NCBI RefSeq assembly: GCF_009914755.1
Contig: NC_060927.1
DNA: 64,000 nt
Reading direction: 5' to 3' (one strand)
Source of the DNA: the human T2T-CHM13v2.0 reference genome, Homo sapiens
Below, piece by piece: positions 25,404-38,115 of the stretch. Every line of letters begins with the position of its first letter. Position 1 is the stretch's first letter. The notes under the pieces were generated by a model. The model saw only the letters and a list, made by a program, of their open reading frames with translations. It was not told where the DNA came from and did not search any database. Position numbers and translations under genes: made by a program.

Positions 25404-26779
25404 CCCAGCCCTCAACTCTGGGCGGCACTCAAGTCATCCCCATTTCACACAATGGGCAATTAGGTGGCAGCTCCTGGCCCAGGGTCAGAGCTGAGTGGGG
25501 CTGGGATGTGGCTGCCTGACCAGGTGCTCAGTTCCTATCCAGGTCCTCCTTGATAGGTCATGCTGGGTTCAGGATTCTGCCAGGTCAGGATTCTGCCCTT
25601 GTTGGAGAACGCTGACCACCACGCCAACTCTGGGTGGTCAGTGCCAGAAGTGAATTGTAGGGTACCAGCTGGTGTCAGAACAGCCCCATTTTTAAAACAA
25701 CATTTCTGGGGTGAGCAGAAATGTGCCCAAGATCTCTTCTAATTTTACCTGGAAGCAGCCTTTTCTAAACTTCTGATAGAAACGAGGCTATAAAGAGCAT
25801 TCTGACTGCTTTAAATCTCCCCTTAAATTTCACATGAAGGTGAGAAGTAGGGGGCCTCCCATACCTGGAGGATCAGCTCTGAGGCCATGAGGCCCCAGGC
25901 ACCTGGCTGAGGACCACAGAGGGGAAAGTGGGGCAACCCTGAACTAGCAAGAGGCAGATGCATTGGGGAAAACACAGCATCCTCCTTTTTGAAAGGGAGT
26001 GGAAAGTTACTGCCTCCTTGGGAAGAGAGGCATCCCAGGGCACGCTGGTCACTTCCCTAGGCAGCGACGCTCTGCGTCTTGCACCTTAGGGAAAGGTGCA
26101 TGCATCAGGGATCAGGGTGGGGAGATGGATGGGAAGACACTGAGTCTCTTCTCCCCAGGGCCTCCAAGCACAGAGAGGAGAGAAAGCAGGGTCCCAAAAA
26201 GCCACTAAGGGCACAGAAATTTCATGGAGTAGCTGAAAACTTGGAAATCCCTGCAACACCTTCTAATGCCAAGGTGCCTCTCCATGAGACACCAGCCACT
26301 GGCAGTGGATTAGCACTTGCTCACAGGTCTAGGGGGCAGGAAAACATCCCCTGAAAGTTTTTTACTGGGAATTGTGCAGGAGGAGCTTTTAGGTGTGGGG
26401 TCCTGGCCAGAGCTGATATTTTCTATGCATTCCCGCAGTCACCATAATAGGCAACACATGACCCCAGCATTTACAGAGCATGTTCCAGGCACATAGTAGG
26501 GGCTGAGTCAGGCACAGAATTGACATGAGAACAGTAAACAGAGGAGACGTGGCACCTGCCCACTGAAGCTTGCAGCAACACTGGGTACCATACCTCCCAG
26601 CCCTCAACTCTGGGTGGCACTAATGTCATCCACATTTCACACAACGGGCATTAAGGTGACAGCTCCTGCACCAGGGTCAGAGCTGAGTGGGGCTGGGATG
26701 TGGCTGCATGACCAGGTGCTCAGTTCTTATCCGGGTACTCCTTGATAGATCATGCTGGGTTCAGAATTCTGCCAGGTCA
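25404..26779 (+). repeat. 184-bp direct duplication (25404-25587 and 26596-26779)
   Basis: Both copies run CCCAGCCCTCAACTCTGGG...ATTCTGCCAGGTCA, are colinear and equal in length, and are roughly 90% identical by eye. Confidence 0.93.
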
Positions 26780-28700
26780 TTATTGCCACTGCTGTGGCGC
26801 TCCAGGGAACAGCCCGTCCCAGGCCAAGTCTGGAATTGGGGGCCTTTCCCCACTTGGTAGGGGCTTGATCCAATCTGAAAGGTCAGAAACTGGTCACTGA
26901 GGTGCCCTGGAAGTGCTTTGTGGGGTACAAGGAGGGCTCAGAAAGTGAGGGTTTTAACATCTGGGGCCCAGCACCCCAACTCAGGCTTGAAATGGATGAG
27001 GGACTCATTCTTACTTTGCTGCAAAAGGCAATGACTTTACACTATTCCTCTAGGCTCATTTTTCTCATTTCTCGGAGCTGAAGCCTTCTTCCCCACCTCA
27101 GAGCCCGCTAAGACTACCCATGCCCTCGTCACTTCTGCCAGGGTAATGTGTGTTACACCCCTGCAGTGGTATCCGAGACCCTTGTCCTCCATGCTTTGTC
27201 TCTGGGGAAGTGTCTGCAGACCTGAGGCAGAGCTTATTAAAAGGAGCTCCTCTTGTCCATTTCTGCCCAGCCTCTGCCCATGGTATCACATAAAGGAGCT
27301 AGGTGGGTAAGGGGTTGTGCTGTGCTAAGCTCCTCTCCCCTCTAAATGGCAAAGACCCCTTCCTCAGCCCACACCTGCCCTCAACAACTGCCCGGGGTGG
27401 AAGGTGCTAGAACCTGCAAATGGAGAACTTGCACACTGCATCTACCTGGCTACTTTCTCAGTCCCCCAACCATAAGGGGTGGGCAGAACCCATCCCGAGC
27501 CACCTGACCAGGCACTCCCACTCAGCCTCAGAGGAGCAGTAGCATGGGGCATCCCAGCAGGCCTGCAGCCTGGCAGGTGGAAGAGCCAGGAGCTCCTCCT
27601 GTGTCCCCCTGCCTCGCAACAGCTGCCGGAGTTTCTGCGGGAGCTGTCCTCCTGCCAGCTCTGTTCTCAAGGTCACACCGCTGTGCTTCTACCGCAGCTC
27701 TCGGACACCACTGCAGCAAAGAGGAGCTTTTTCTGAGGACAAAGATTCAGCTCCACTGGCAGGTTTTATTAAAAATAAGCAGGCAAATCATTATTGAGCT
27801 TTTTTATTTTCTCTCTGCTCATGGCTCAGCAATGTTCTTGTAATCTTCTGGTAGTTTAGTCCCACATGATTAAGCAAGGAGATGCATTTCTCCTTTTTCA
27901 ACCAAATGAGGGTGAGAAAATTCATTACTGAGCATTTACCAGGAGATGCTAGAAAGAAGGAGAGGAAACTCAAACTCTTACTGGGCCTCTATTCAGCAGC
28001 AGATGAGAATTTGGCACTTTATTTAGGTTCTCTCATTTAATCCTCATCACGATCCAATGAGTTAGTTATTATTCCAAGGTCACAGAGCTGGGAAGTGGTG
28101 GAGCTGGGATAGGAGCACAGATTTGAGCCAGAGTCGATGCCTCATCACTCTGCTGTGCTGGTTTATGTAAAGGTCTGACAGTAGCAAAGCGGCAGATCCC
28201 AAAGGCAGGGGTGCAGGTGGCCGGGCAGTCAGGACACCTGCAAGGAGGAGGCAGGGCAGCCACGGGACTGGGAAAGGCTGTGGGTGGGGGTGAAGGGGAA
28301 TTCCAGACAGAGGGAACAATGTGTGCAAAGGCACAGAGACAGGGAGAGAAAACACTCGTGAGAAGAAACAGAAGGCAACAGGCTAGGTTGCTATGGGGGA
28401 CACACTTGGAGGCCCCTCAGACTGAGGTTCATCTCAGGGCAAGTGAAGCCAGACAGTGTGTGAGGAAGAGTGAGTAGCAAACATTGTTCATGGAAGCTCC
28501 ATGTGGCTGTCAGGTTGATTTAAGCCAAACCCATCTCTGGGGCCAGTTGTGGAGGGAGGGAGGGGCAGACAGAGAGAAGTACAAAGGCAGGGGCAGGGGC
28601 CACATGGCACAGGCCATGTCAGCCACATGGAGGAGCATGGATTCTCGCCCAAGGGCAGTGGGAGCTTCAGAAAGGATCTTCAGCAGGATGGTGTGAACAG

Positions 28701-29191
28701 GTGTGGCAGTTCATAATTTCCATAGTGGGCTCATAAAATATTTCCCATCCCATGTGCTCTTCTTACAATCTAACCCTGACATTCCATCAGGGGGTGAATC
28801 TGGGCAGGCCTGTGACTATGGCAGAAATGGCCCTGTGGGAATCCCAAGGCTAGCTTAGAAAAAATAGCACAGCTTCTGCCTGGAGTGTGCTCACACTGAC
28901 ACACTCTGGAAGCCAGCCCTGCAACCCAGCAACCATGCTGTGAGGAAGCCCAAGAAGGCCTACAGGAGGGAGACACGCATGCAGCAACCAGCAGACCTGT
29001 GAGTGAGCGAGCCTTCAGGTGACTCCAGCCGGCAGACTTCAAGCCGCCTTCAGTGCTGCATGGAACAAAGCCACACCTTCCCTGCCAGGTCCTACTCAAA
29101 CTACAAATTCGTGAGCGATGTAAATATTTTTATTGTCTTGAGCCACTAAGTTTTGGGGTGGTTTGTTACACAGCATTAGGTAATCAGAGCA
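28701..29191 (+). mobile_element. MLT1F-like MaLR solo LTR
   Basis: CCATGCTGTGAGGAAGCCCAAG...AGCCACTAAGTTTTGGGGTGGTTTGTTACACAGCA. Confidence 0.75.
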
Positions 29192-29220
29192 ATAGACCTG
29201 TGCTTTAGAAAAAAGAAAAC

Positions 29221-29577
29221 ATGTTAGTCCATTCTCACACTGCTATGAAGAAATACGTGAGACTGGGTCATTTATAAAGGAAACAGGTTTAACTGACTCA
29301 CAGTCTGCCATTGCTGGGAAAGCCTCAGGAAACTTACAATCATGGCAGAAGGCAAAGGAGAAACAGGCACCTTCTTCACAAGGCAGCGGGACAGAGTGAG
29401 GGCAAGCAGGGGAAATGTCAGATGCTTATAAAACCATCAGATCTCATGAGACCTCACTATCACGAGAAGAGCATGGGGGAAACCGCCCCCATGATCCAAT
29501 CACCTCCACCTGGTCCTGTCCTTGACACGTGGGGATCATGGGGATTACAATTCGAGGTAAGATTTGGGTGGGGACAC
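29221..29577 (-). mobile_element. THE1 (THE1D-like) LTR
   Basis: TTAGTCCATTCTCACACTGCTATGAAGAAATAC..GCCTCAGGAAACTTACAATCATGGCAGAAGG..GATTTGGGTGGGGACAC. Confidence 0.88.
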
Positions 29578-32500
29578 TCTGCTACAGAATGGCCTACAGA
29601 AGCCAGACTAGGGGCAGAAATCTTGCCAGAGATGGAGGATCTCAGTGAACAATGCAGAGGTGGTGGGGCTGGAGAGAATGGGGAGGAGAGCAGGGTACAG
29701 GACCAGTGACTGGTCAGATTCAGAGAGGAGCCCAGAACTCCTCCCTGTGACCTGGGTTCATGACCATTAGATGCTAGAGCTATCCCCTGAGCCCAAGACA
29801 ACTGGACAAGGAACAGACACCAAGCAATCACCTTGGATTCAGTCACTCATAAAAGCCTTCTTCATAATTGTCAGAGCAAAAGCACAAATGCCAGCACTGC
29901 ATTCAGAAAAAACAATTAACAATAATCATTCAATCCCTTGTCCTAAAGATGTAAGCTTATTTTTCACTATTGGCATCAGCATGAAACAGTTATTTTTCTT
30001 ACCCTAGTGAGAACTACTGGCCCAGGGGTCTTGCACATCCATGGGGATGTCCAGAGGAGCTTGGTCCCATGTACCCTGGAAATCCCACCAATGCAGGGTG
30101 CACTGGATGCTGGCCCTTCACAATCAGCTACCACTGCCTACCTGGACCTCACCAACAGGGGCCATTCACTCCACCAGTGCCCCATGGGCCCCAGGCCCCC
30201 ATCTCACTGGCAGGTCCCAGGTAAACAGATTCTTGTACATTCTGGTGGTTTCTAGGTAGCTGCAGAGGCCAGTGAGGCTTCTCCAGCCACTCAGCAAACA
30301 CCCACTGGGGCTCACTGTGTGCCAGTCCTGTTGTGCAGGGCACAGAATTTGTAGTGACAAAGCAGATGCACCTCTGGCCTCAAGCAGTCCATATCCAGTG
30401 GTGAAGTGAGACCCAGATCCAAATACTAAAATGCCAGGCAATACGGGAAGGGTCTCCTGAGAGGCCCATGCAAGGAAAGGCCGCTCTGCTGGGGAAATCA
30501 CAGTAACCTCCTGAAAAAGGCACCATTTGGGCTGAGCCTTGATTGATGGAGATGAGGGGGTCACAGGGAACAACATTCCCGGGGAAGGGACTGGATGAAA
30601 CGACAGTCATGTGAGGCTGAGATTCCTCTGCTTAAAATCATTTGCCCACATTTCTCCACAGCTGCCACGTGACGCCAAATCCACCCACAGCTTTGGGGCC
30701 AGTGGCTATGAGGACTTCTGGTCTTGTCTTGTGCCCACATCACAGTCTGAAAGCTGAGTGGGCAGTAAGTCCCCAGACTCCTCCACTGACACTGCCTCCC
30801 TCCACGAAGGACAGCTCTTCTCCCTGTCGCCTCCACAGCGGGTGTGGGTGTGGGTGGAGAGGCTGCTGTAAGGGCCAGAAACTGGGGAGAGCAGGGGGCA
30901 GAGCACAGACATTAGCCAGAGACTGCACGGAGGGTTTGCCAGGACCTGGCAGAAGGTGTACCACCCACTAGCTAGCCCCTCACAGAGCCAAGCCAGAACC
31001 CTGGCCCACAGTCTGCTCTCGGCTGTGCATCCACACTTACCACACACACCAGCTCTTCAGAGCTCCTGGCCAAACAGTGGGATCCTGATCCTCCTGGGGT
31101 CCACAGAGCTGGGCTCAGGGCCTAGGGCCCCAGGAGTTCCGGGAGGAGAGGGCAGGCAGGACAGATGTGGCATAACTCACTGCCATTTCTAAGCCATCTT
31201 GGTGGGCTGCCCACCTCTCAGATGCCTGTGTTTTCAGGAAATCAGTCCCTGAGCCAGGAAAAGAATCTCTGCATCCCCGGCCCACAGCCCCCAGCAGCCA
31301 GGCCCATTTCAGATAATGTCTGCAGCTTTCAGAAGGTGGTGCTCAGGGCTGAAAAGGCAAGTCTGCTTCCTCATTGTGCAGACCAGTAACCCAGTCCTAG
31401 CAGAGACCCGCTGACTCAGCCATCCCATCAGCTCAGTTTCTAGAACAGAAGTGGGAATTGCTGGTATAAATGCTAGGAAGGACCTGCAGAGGGACTCGGC
31501 CCTTGCCATGCAGCTGGGAAGGAGGCCAGGCTACCCGCATCCCTGCTGCACAGGGCCCTTGGGGTGAGGCCTGCACCATCCCTGTAACCTCTGCTCATAG
31601 TCTACCATTCCTGGCCTGACTGTGAGGTACGGCCCCCAGGCCCTGTGGTGACAAGTGAAACAGTTAGAGACACCAGCTATATCCATCTGAACCTTGTTTC
31701 CTTTGGCTCTGTTTTCACCAAACACAAAGTCCAGCCCTATTCTTCCTCAAAGGTGGGTAAGCTTGGTAGCTGGGCTATCTGCTCCACACCCTACCCTGCC
31801 ACCCTGGACTCCAAAAGGCAGCCCCAAACTGGGCATGCATCTTTGGCAGCTCCCACTAGAGCCCTGAGGGGCTGGCTGGCTCACCGTAGGCTAAATGAGG
31901 AAACACGTAAAAAACCCCATTTCAAACCATCCCCCAAAAGACTCAGATGGTAATTAAGAAATATGCAAAGCTCTTCATTGGACATTTTAATTAAGTGTGT
32001 TAATTCCCTCTGCTAGAGGACGCTCAGCCGCCTGGGCCTCACCCAGGGATCCAGAGAAGATGGAAAGGGGAGGGTAGAGGGGAGGGAGGAGTCAAAAGAA
32101 GGTGAGGGAGGGAGGGGTTAGCCAGACAGTGGCACAGGCTGGTCTGGCCCAGGCCCTTCTCCTGCACCAGCTAGGAGGCGGACCGATGCCTGACCCTCTC
32201 ACTTCTCCACTGAGTGCCCCGTCTCACTATCCTGCACCCACCCCATCTCCTCTATCCAAACAGGGGGCCCAGTAAGCCTGCCCACTACAGCAAGAAGGAA
32301 CAGGGCGAGTGCATCCTAAAGGATCCCATCCACGTAACAGTACATGGACAAGAGCAGAAAAAGGAAAGGCAAAATAAAGGTCCCTTGTCATCACGAAAAC
32401 TAAGATTCTAGACAGGAGTGTTCCCAGGATGGCTGGTCCTCCAGCTCCTCCTGAACACTTTCAGCAGCTCTGTGGTTGCTGGGGACATGACGGTCTGCTG

Positions 32501-32885
32501 GGGCTCCACAGGGTGACTGGCTGGAGACTGGAAGATTTAGTCTCAGTTTTCCTTCCTATACCAACACCCTGGACCTCCTCCTGCTTTTTTTCCCCCAGAG
32601 GCTCCACCTTTAACACAAAGAGGCAAATTCCAGAGAAACATGCTGCCAGCACAGCTGGGCTGGGAGAGGCCCCATCCTCAGGTACCTGACCAAAGCCCCA
32701 GCCGCCACAGAGGAGGGCTCGGCCCCCTCTCCTGCCCTGCAAAAGGTGCTATCATCTTTGGTTTTCTTCTTTTCCTCTCTAGCTTCCTCTCTTCCTGCCT
32801 CTACCCCAAGGTTTACTGAGGTACAATCAATAAACAAAAAAATTTATATATTCAAGGTGTAAAATGTGACGTTTTAATATATAGA

Positions 32886-33377
32886 GAGTTGACCCTTGAA
32901 GAAGGCAAGAGTTGGGGCACTGATACCCTGCATAGTCAAAAATCCTCATACGACTTTTTAGTCCCACAAAACTTAACTATTATAATAGCCTACTGTTGAC
33001 CAAAGCCTTCCTGATAACATAAACAGTTGATTAACAGGTATTTTGTGTTATATGTATTATATACTCTATTCTTAAGATAAGCTAGAGAAAAGAAAATGTT
33101 ATTACAATCATAGGGAAGAGAAAATAGATTTACTGTTCATTAAGTGAAAGTGGATCATCATAAAGGTCTTCATCTTCATTGTCTTTACGTTGAATAGGCT
33201 GAAGAGGAGGAGGAAGGGAAAGGGTTGGTCTTGCTGTCTCAAAAATGGCAGAGAAGAGGTGAAAGAGGTGGACAGGGAGGCAGGACAGGCAGGCACACTG
33301 GTGTGAATTTTACTGAAAAATATCTACCTTTAAGTGGATATGCATAGTTCAAACCCATCTTGTTCAAGGGTCATCCA
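32886..33377. mobile_element. Tigger2a-like TcMar DNA transposon
   Basis: TIRs AGTTGACCCTTGAA / TTCAAGGGTCA; internal AATAGCCTACTGTTGAC..GATAACATAAACAG; inserted at a TA run. Confidence 0.85.
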
Positions 33378-33389
33378 TCTATCTATCTA

Positions 33390-34380
33390 TAGTCATGCTT
33401 TGCTTAATGAGAGGGATAAGTTCTGAGCAACGCATCATTAGGTGACTCTGTCGTAGTGCAAACATCATAAAGTATACTTCCCAAACCTAGATGGTACAGC
33501 TTACTACACACCTAGGCTATAATGGTACCCTATTGCTTCTAGGCTACAAACCTGCACAGCACATTATTGCAGTGAATACTGTAGGCAATTGTAACTCAGT
33601 GGTATTTGTGTATCCAAACATATCTAAACAGCAAAGGTACAGTAAAAGTATGGTAAAAAACATAAAACATGAACAGAGCCATAGGACTGGAAGTCGTTCT
33701 GGGTGAGTCAGTCAGTGAGTGGTGAGTAAATGTGAAAGCCTATGACATTACACTACAATAGACTGTACATTTAGGCTACACTAAATCTATTTAAAAATAT
33801 TTTTCTTTAATAATAAATTAACCTTAGCTCACTACAACATTTTTTACTTTATAAACTTTTTAACTTGTTTTAACATTTTGACTCTTTTGTAATAACACTT
33901 AGCTTAAAATACATACACTGTACAGCTATGCAAAAATTATTTCTTTATATCTTTATTCTATATGTTGTCTATTAATTTTTTTTTTTTTACCTTTTAAACT
34001 TTTTTTGTTAAAAACTAAGACACAAGCATACACATTAGCCTAGGCCTACATGGGGTCAGGATCACCAATATCGCTGTCTTCCACCTCTCCGTCTCCCACT
34101 AGAAGGTCTTCAAGGGCAGTAACACACACGGCGCTGTCATTTCCTGTGATAACAATACTGCTTTCTGGAGGTCCTCCTGAAGGACCTGCCTGAGGCTGTT
34201 TTACAGTTCCCTTTTTAAAAAAAGTGAGTAGAAGGTGTACACTCTAAACATAACAACATAAAGTATAGCATAGGCAATACTAGACAACAGGAATTTTTGA
34301 GCTCCATTATAATCTTATGGGACAACCTTCATACATGCGGTCTGTCGTTAACCAAAACATTGCTATGCAGCACATGACTA
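33390..34380. mobile_element. Tigger3 (Tigger3b-like) TcMar DNA transposon
   Basis: TIRs AGTCATG / CATGACT flanked by TA; internal CCTAGATGGTACAGC..CACCTAGGCTA..GGCTACAAACCTG. Confidence 0.85.
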
Positions 34381-36094
34381 TATATACATTGTGAAATGAT
34401 TACCACAATCAAGCTAATTAACATATTCATTACTTCACAGTTACACGTGTGTGTGTGTGTGCATGTGTTAAGAATACTTAAGATCTACTCGACAAGACAC
34501 AGACAAATATTGCATGATCTCACTTATATGTGGAAACTAAAAAAGTAGAACACATACAAGCACAGGGTAGAAGGGTGGTTACCAGGGGTCAGAGGTGGGG
34601 AAATGGAGGAAATGCTGATTAGAGGGTACAAATTTGCAGTTATAAGAGAAGTTCTGGAGACGCACTATACAGCATGGTGACTCCAGTTAATAATAATATA
34701 TACTTGATATTTCCAGCTTTTCTTCTTCACTTTCCAAAGCCCCCAGGCCCAGCCTGCACATCAGTCTTGGCCTCAGCCCTTCCATACTCCCATAGAGCCT
34801 TATGAGCTCTCAGGACACTGCAAATCATCCCTGCCCTGGGGCTTCTAAACTGAGAGTCCACACCTGACTTGAGATTTCTTCTTGTCCCCCAGCCTGAAGC
34901 AGACACTCAGGGCACTAGGGACAATCCATTTCCCTACCTGCTACAGCCAAGTCTGCTGTGAGGACTAATGACTTGGGGTACATTGCCCACAGAATGCATC
35001 CCATTACCTTACCCTAAGAAACGCTGGTGCCAAGAGTCAACCCCAGCTTCAAAATCAGGCAGAGGAGAACCGAACGCACTCGTGTGGAGGGAGAGGCAGT
35101 ACTATCCGGCATGCGACTACTGTGCACAAGGAGTACTTGTACTTATGACTCATGAAAATAAGATTTGAAAACGTAATTATTTAAAATAGTATCAGAATAA
35201 AGTAGCTATGTATCAATAACAATGAAAAGCCTCCCAATCCCTCTGAATACCCCTACTGTGTTTGGGGAGGTCCAAAACCATTCTCCCCAGTGTAGGAGCC
35301 TCCTCTGCAGCTATTTTGTAGGCAAATAACTGAGGCTTCTCCCAACAGATGTTCACGTAAGACTCTACCAGATTCAACTGACATGAATCTGGTGAGACTG
35401 AGAATTCCCTCTGTATTCTAAATTCAGGGGCAGCCATGACATGCATTTCAACATTGGCACCTGCCAGAACACAGCATAGGAGCTGTGTCTCCCCCGGACC
35501 AGTTCTATATGACTCGGGCTGCTGCTCCAAGCCCAGATCTCTGACCCTCCCAAGGATTCTATGAACTTCCCAATCATTCCTCTAATACATTCACTGCTTG
35601 CTCAAATCTGCTGTATAGAGAGAGTTTCTCTCTCTTATTCACAACTACAAATGCTGAGAGAGATAAAATATAAGGCAAAAGTTATGTAAGCTAAAAAGAG
35701 AAAGCTGGACCACAAATTTGCTTACAAAAAAAATCTTGAAAAATCTTCCCTAATTATTGAAGGTAGACTAAGAAACTGTCTAAGCTCCCTGGCAGTCAAA
35801 GGGGAAAAAAAGAAGCACAACCAAGGGTAAGATTCACAGTGTTCAGGAGATAAAACTATATCAATTGCCAATATTGAGCTTTTTATAAGAGCTGGGCAGC
35901 AGAAAGTTCTCAAAAAGAGTCTGGAGTGCAGAAATTTTGTTGCCACTTGGAGGGCAAGTCTACATATTTATACAATCAACTGGATGAACATCCCAGATGA
36001 AAATCAAGGCTGATAACCAGACCACGCAACACTGCCTGCCCAGACTGATGTTCCCTATAAACAAATGAATACACACACAAAAAAAAAAGGTCCC

Positions 36095-38115
36095 AAGACT
36101 TTAGCTCTGGTCAAAATGGAGTAACAGGGACCAGATTTAGCCTCTAACCTGAAACAACCAAAAGACAGACAAGATATATGAAACAACAATTTTCAAGCCA
36201 CAGGATATTAGGTAATGATGACCCCTGAGATACATGAAACAGAGGAGGGGAGCCCCACAGATTACTGCCCTCAGAAAATTCCAGGCCACAGCACAGGGAG
36301 TGGGGACCCAGGTGAAACCCACTGGAAACCCTAGGTTGAAAGGATAGGGCTGAGGCTCAGAGAAAACACAGCAGCTAGAGTTCAGAAGATGGAATACCAG
36401 AGAGAGGGAGATGCAGAAAGGGAATGGCAGAGACCTGCAAAGGGTTTCCCTCAAGCCTTCGGCTGAGCACTGATCAGCAAATGTATATGAGGAAACTACT
36501 TGAGACTGGGGAAAGACTGCCCAAATGGACTAGAGGAAACAGTGCTTGGCATCCACACCAGGCTGGAGACTGTGCTCTTGCCCAGCAGCCAGAGTGGAAA
36601 GTCTCATCATTTACGGGATGCTGGGGAGAGTCCTCAGAAGGGCTGGGCCTCACAGTGGGTAATAATTAGCCATACACTGAGCCCTACTCTGGCCACAGCT
36701 AGCAAATCTTAAGAATATTTATAGGAACAGAAAAACTATCCACACACAACAAGGCAAAAATCACAATGTCTGGTATCCAATAAAAAATTATCAGGCATGT
36801 AAAAAAGCAAGAAAATAGACTCATAAAGAGCAGAAAAAACAATCAACTGAAACCAACCCCAAACTGACAGAGATGTTATAATTAGCAGATAAAGATATTA
36901 AGAAATAGTTATTATATATTATAACTGTTATATAATATATATTATATATAACTTAGTTATTATATATAGAATATATGCTATATACTATATGTTAGTATAA
37001 TAACATATAGTATAATATGTTTAAGAAGTTACACGGGGTAAAAAATAGATTTTCAAAGACACAAATCAAACTTCCAGAGGTAACAACTACACTGGCTGAC
37101 ATGATTAAACAGATTAGATGTTGCAGAAGAAAAGATCAATGAACCTGAAGACAGTAATAAAAATTACCTAAAGTGAAACACAGTGAAAAAAGAATGACAA
37201 TAAATGATAAGAACACCAGTAAGCTCTATGATAATGTCAAGTGGTCTAACATCCATGTAACTGGAGTCTTCAAAGGATGAAGGGAGAGGCAGTGACAGAA
37301 AAAATATTTGAAGAAATGACTGAAAATACTCCAAAATTAAAGAAAACTATACATCCACAGATTCAAAAATCCCAAGCACAGGAAACATAAAGGAAATTAC
37401 AGCAAGGCACATCTTAGTCAAATTGCATAGTCAGTGACAAAAAAAATCATAAAAGTAGTCAGAGAAAAAAAGACACATTATGTACAGAGAAACAAACATA
37501 AAAAGGACAGTATATTTCTCCTCAGAAACAATGCAAGCAAGAAGGCAATGGTGCAATATCTATAAAGTACTGAAAGAAAAAAACCTGTTAACCTAGAATT
37601 CTATGTCCAGGGACAACATCTTTCAAAAACAAAGGTGAGATAAAGACTTTTTCAAACATACAAAAGCTGACAGAATTCATCACCAGCACACTCTCACATC
37701 AAGAAATGTTAAAGAAAGTCCTTCAGGAAGAAGTGAAATGAAACCAGATGGAAATGCGGATTTATACAATGGAATGATGAACACAGGAAATGGTCACTAC
37801 ATGTGTATGTAAGATCTTTCTATTATTTGAGTCTCTTTAAAAGATAATTGACTATTTAAACAAAATTAGCAACAATATATTAGATCACAGACCTAAGAAA
37901 ACATAGAGAAATATCTGCTACCCTGTCAGACGCTATGCAAACCGGAAGAAAATGAAGTGCCACCTTTGCAATACTATAAGAAAAATATTGTCAACACAGA
38001 ATTCTATACCTAGCAAAAATCTTTCAAAAATGAAGGTGAAATAAAGGCATATGTTGAGACAATTCACTGCTAGCAGATCAACAATACAAGAAAGAAAGCT
38101 CTGTGGGCAGAAGGA
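36095..38115 (+). mobile_element. Old L1M (L1MC/ME-like) 5' end and ORF1 region, with an AT-rich low-complexity insert at ~36905-37020
   Basis: AAAATGGAGTAACAGGGACCAGATTT 5' motif; ORF1 landmarks AACCTAGAATTCTAT and AAGAAATGTTAAAGAAAGTCCTTCAGG. Confidence 0.8.

Larger units (their letters stand above)
32805..34712 (-). mobile_element. L1MA 3' end with an inverted 5' segment (34491-34712), split by two Tigger insertions
   Basis: Minus-strand 3' end (TTTACTGAGGTACAAT...TACATTGTGAAATGATTACCACAATCAAGCTAATTAACATA...AGATCTACTC) followed by a plus-strand upstream piece (TGCATGATCTCACTTATATGTGGAA...TATACTTGATATTT). Confidence 0.8.
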
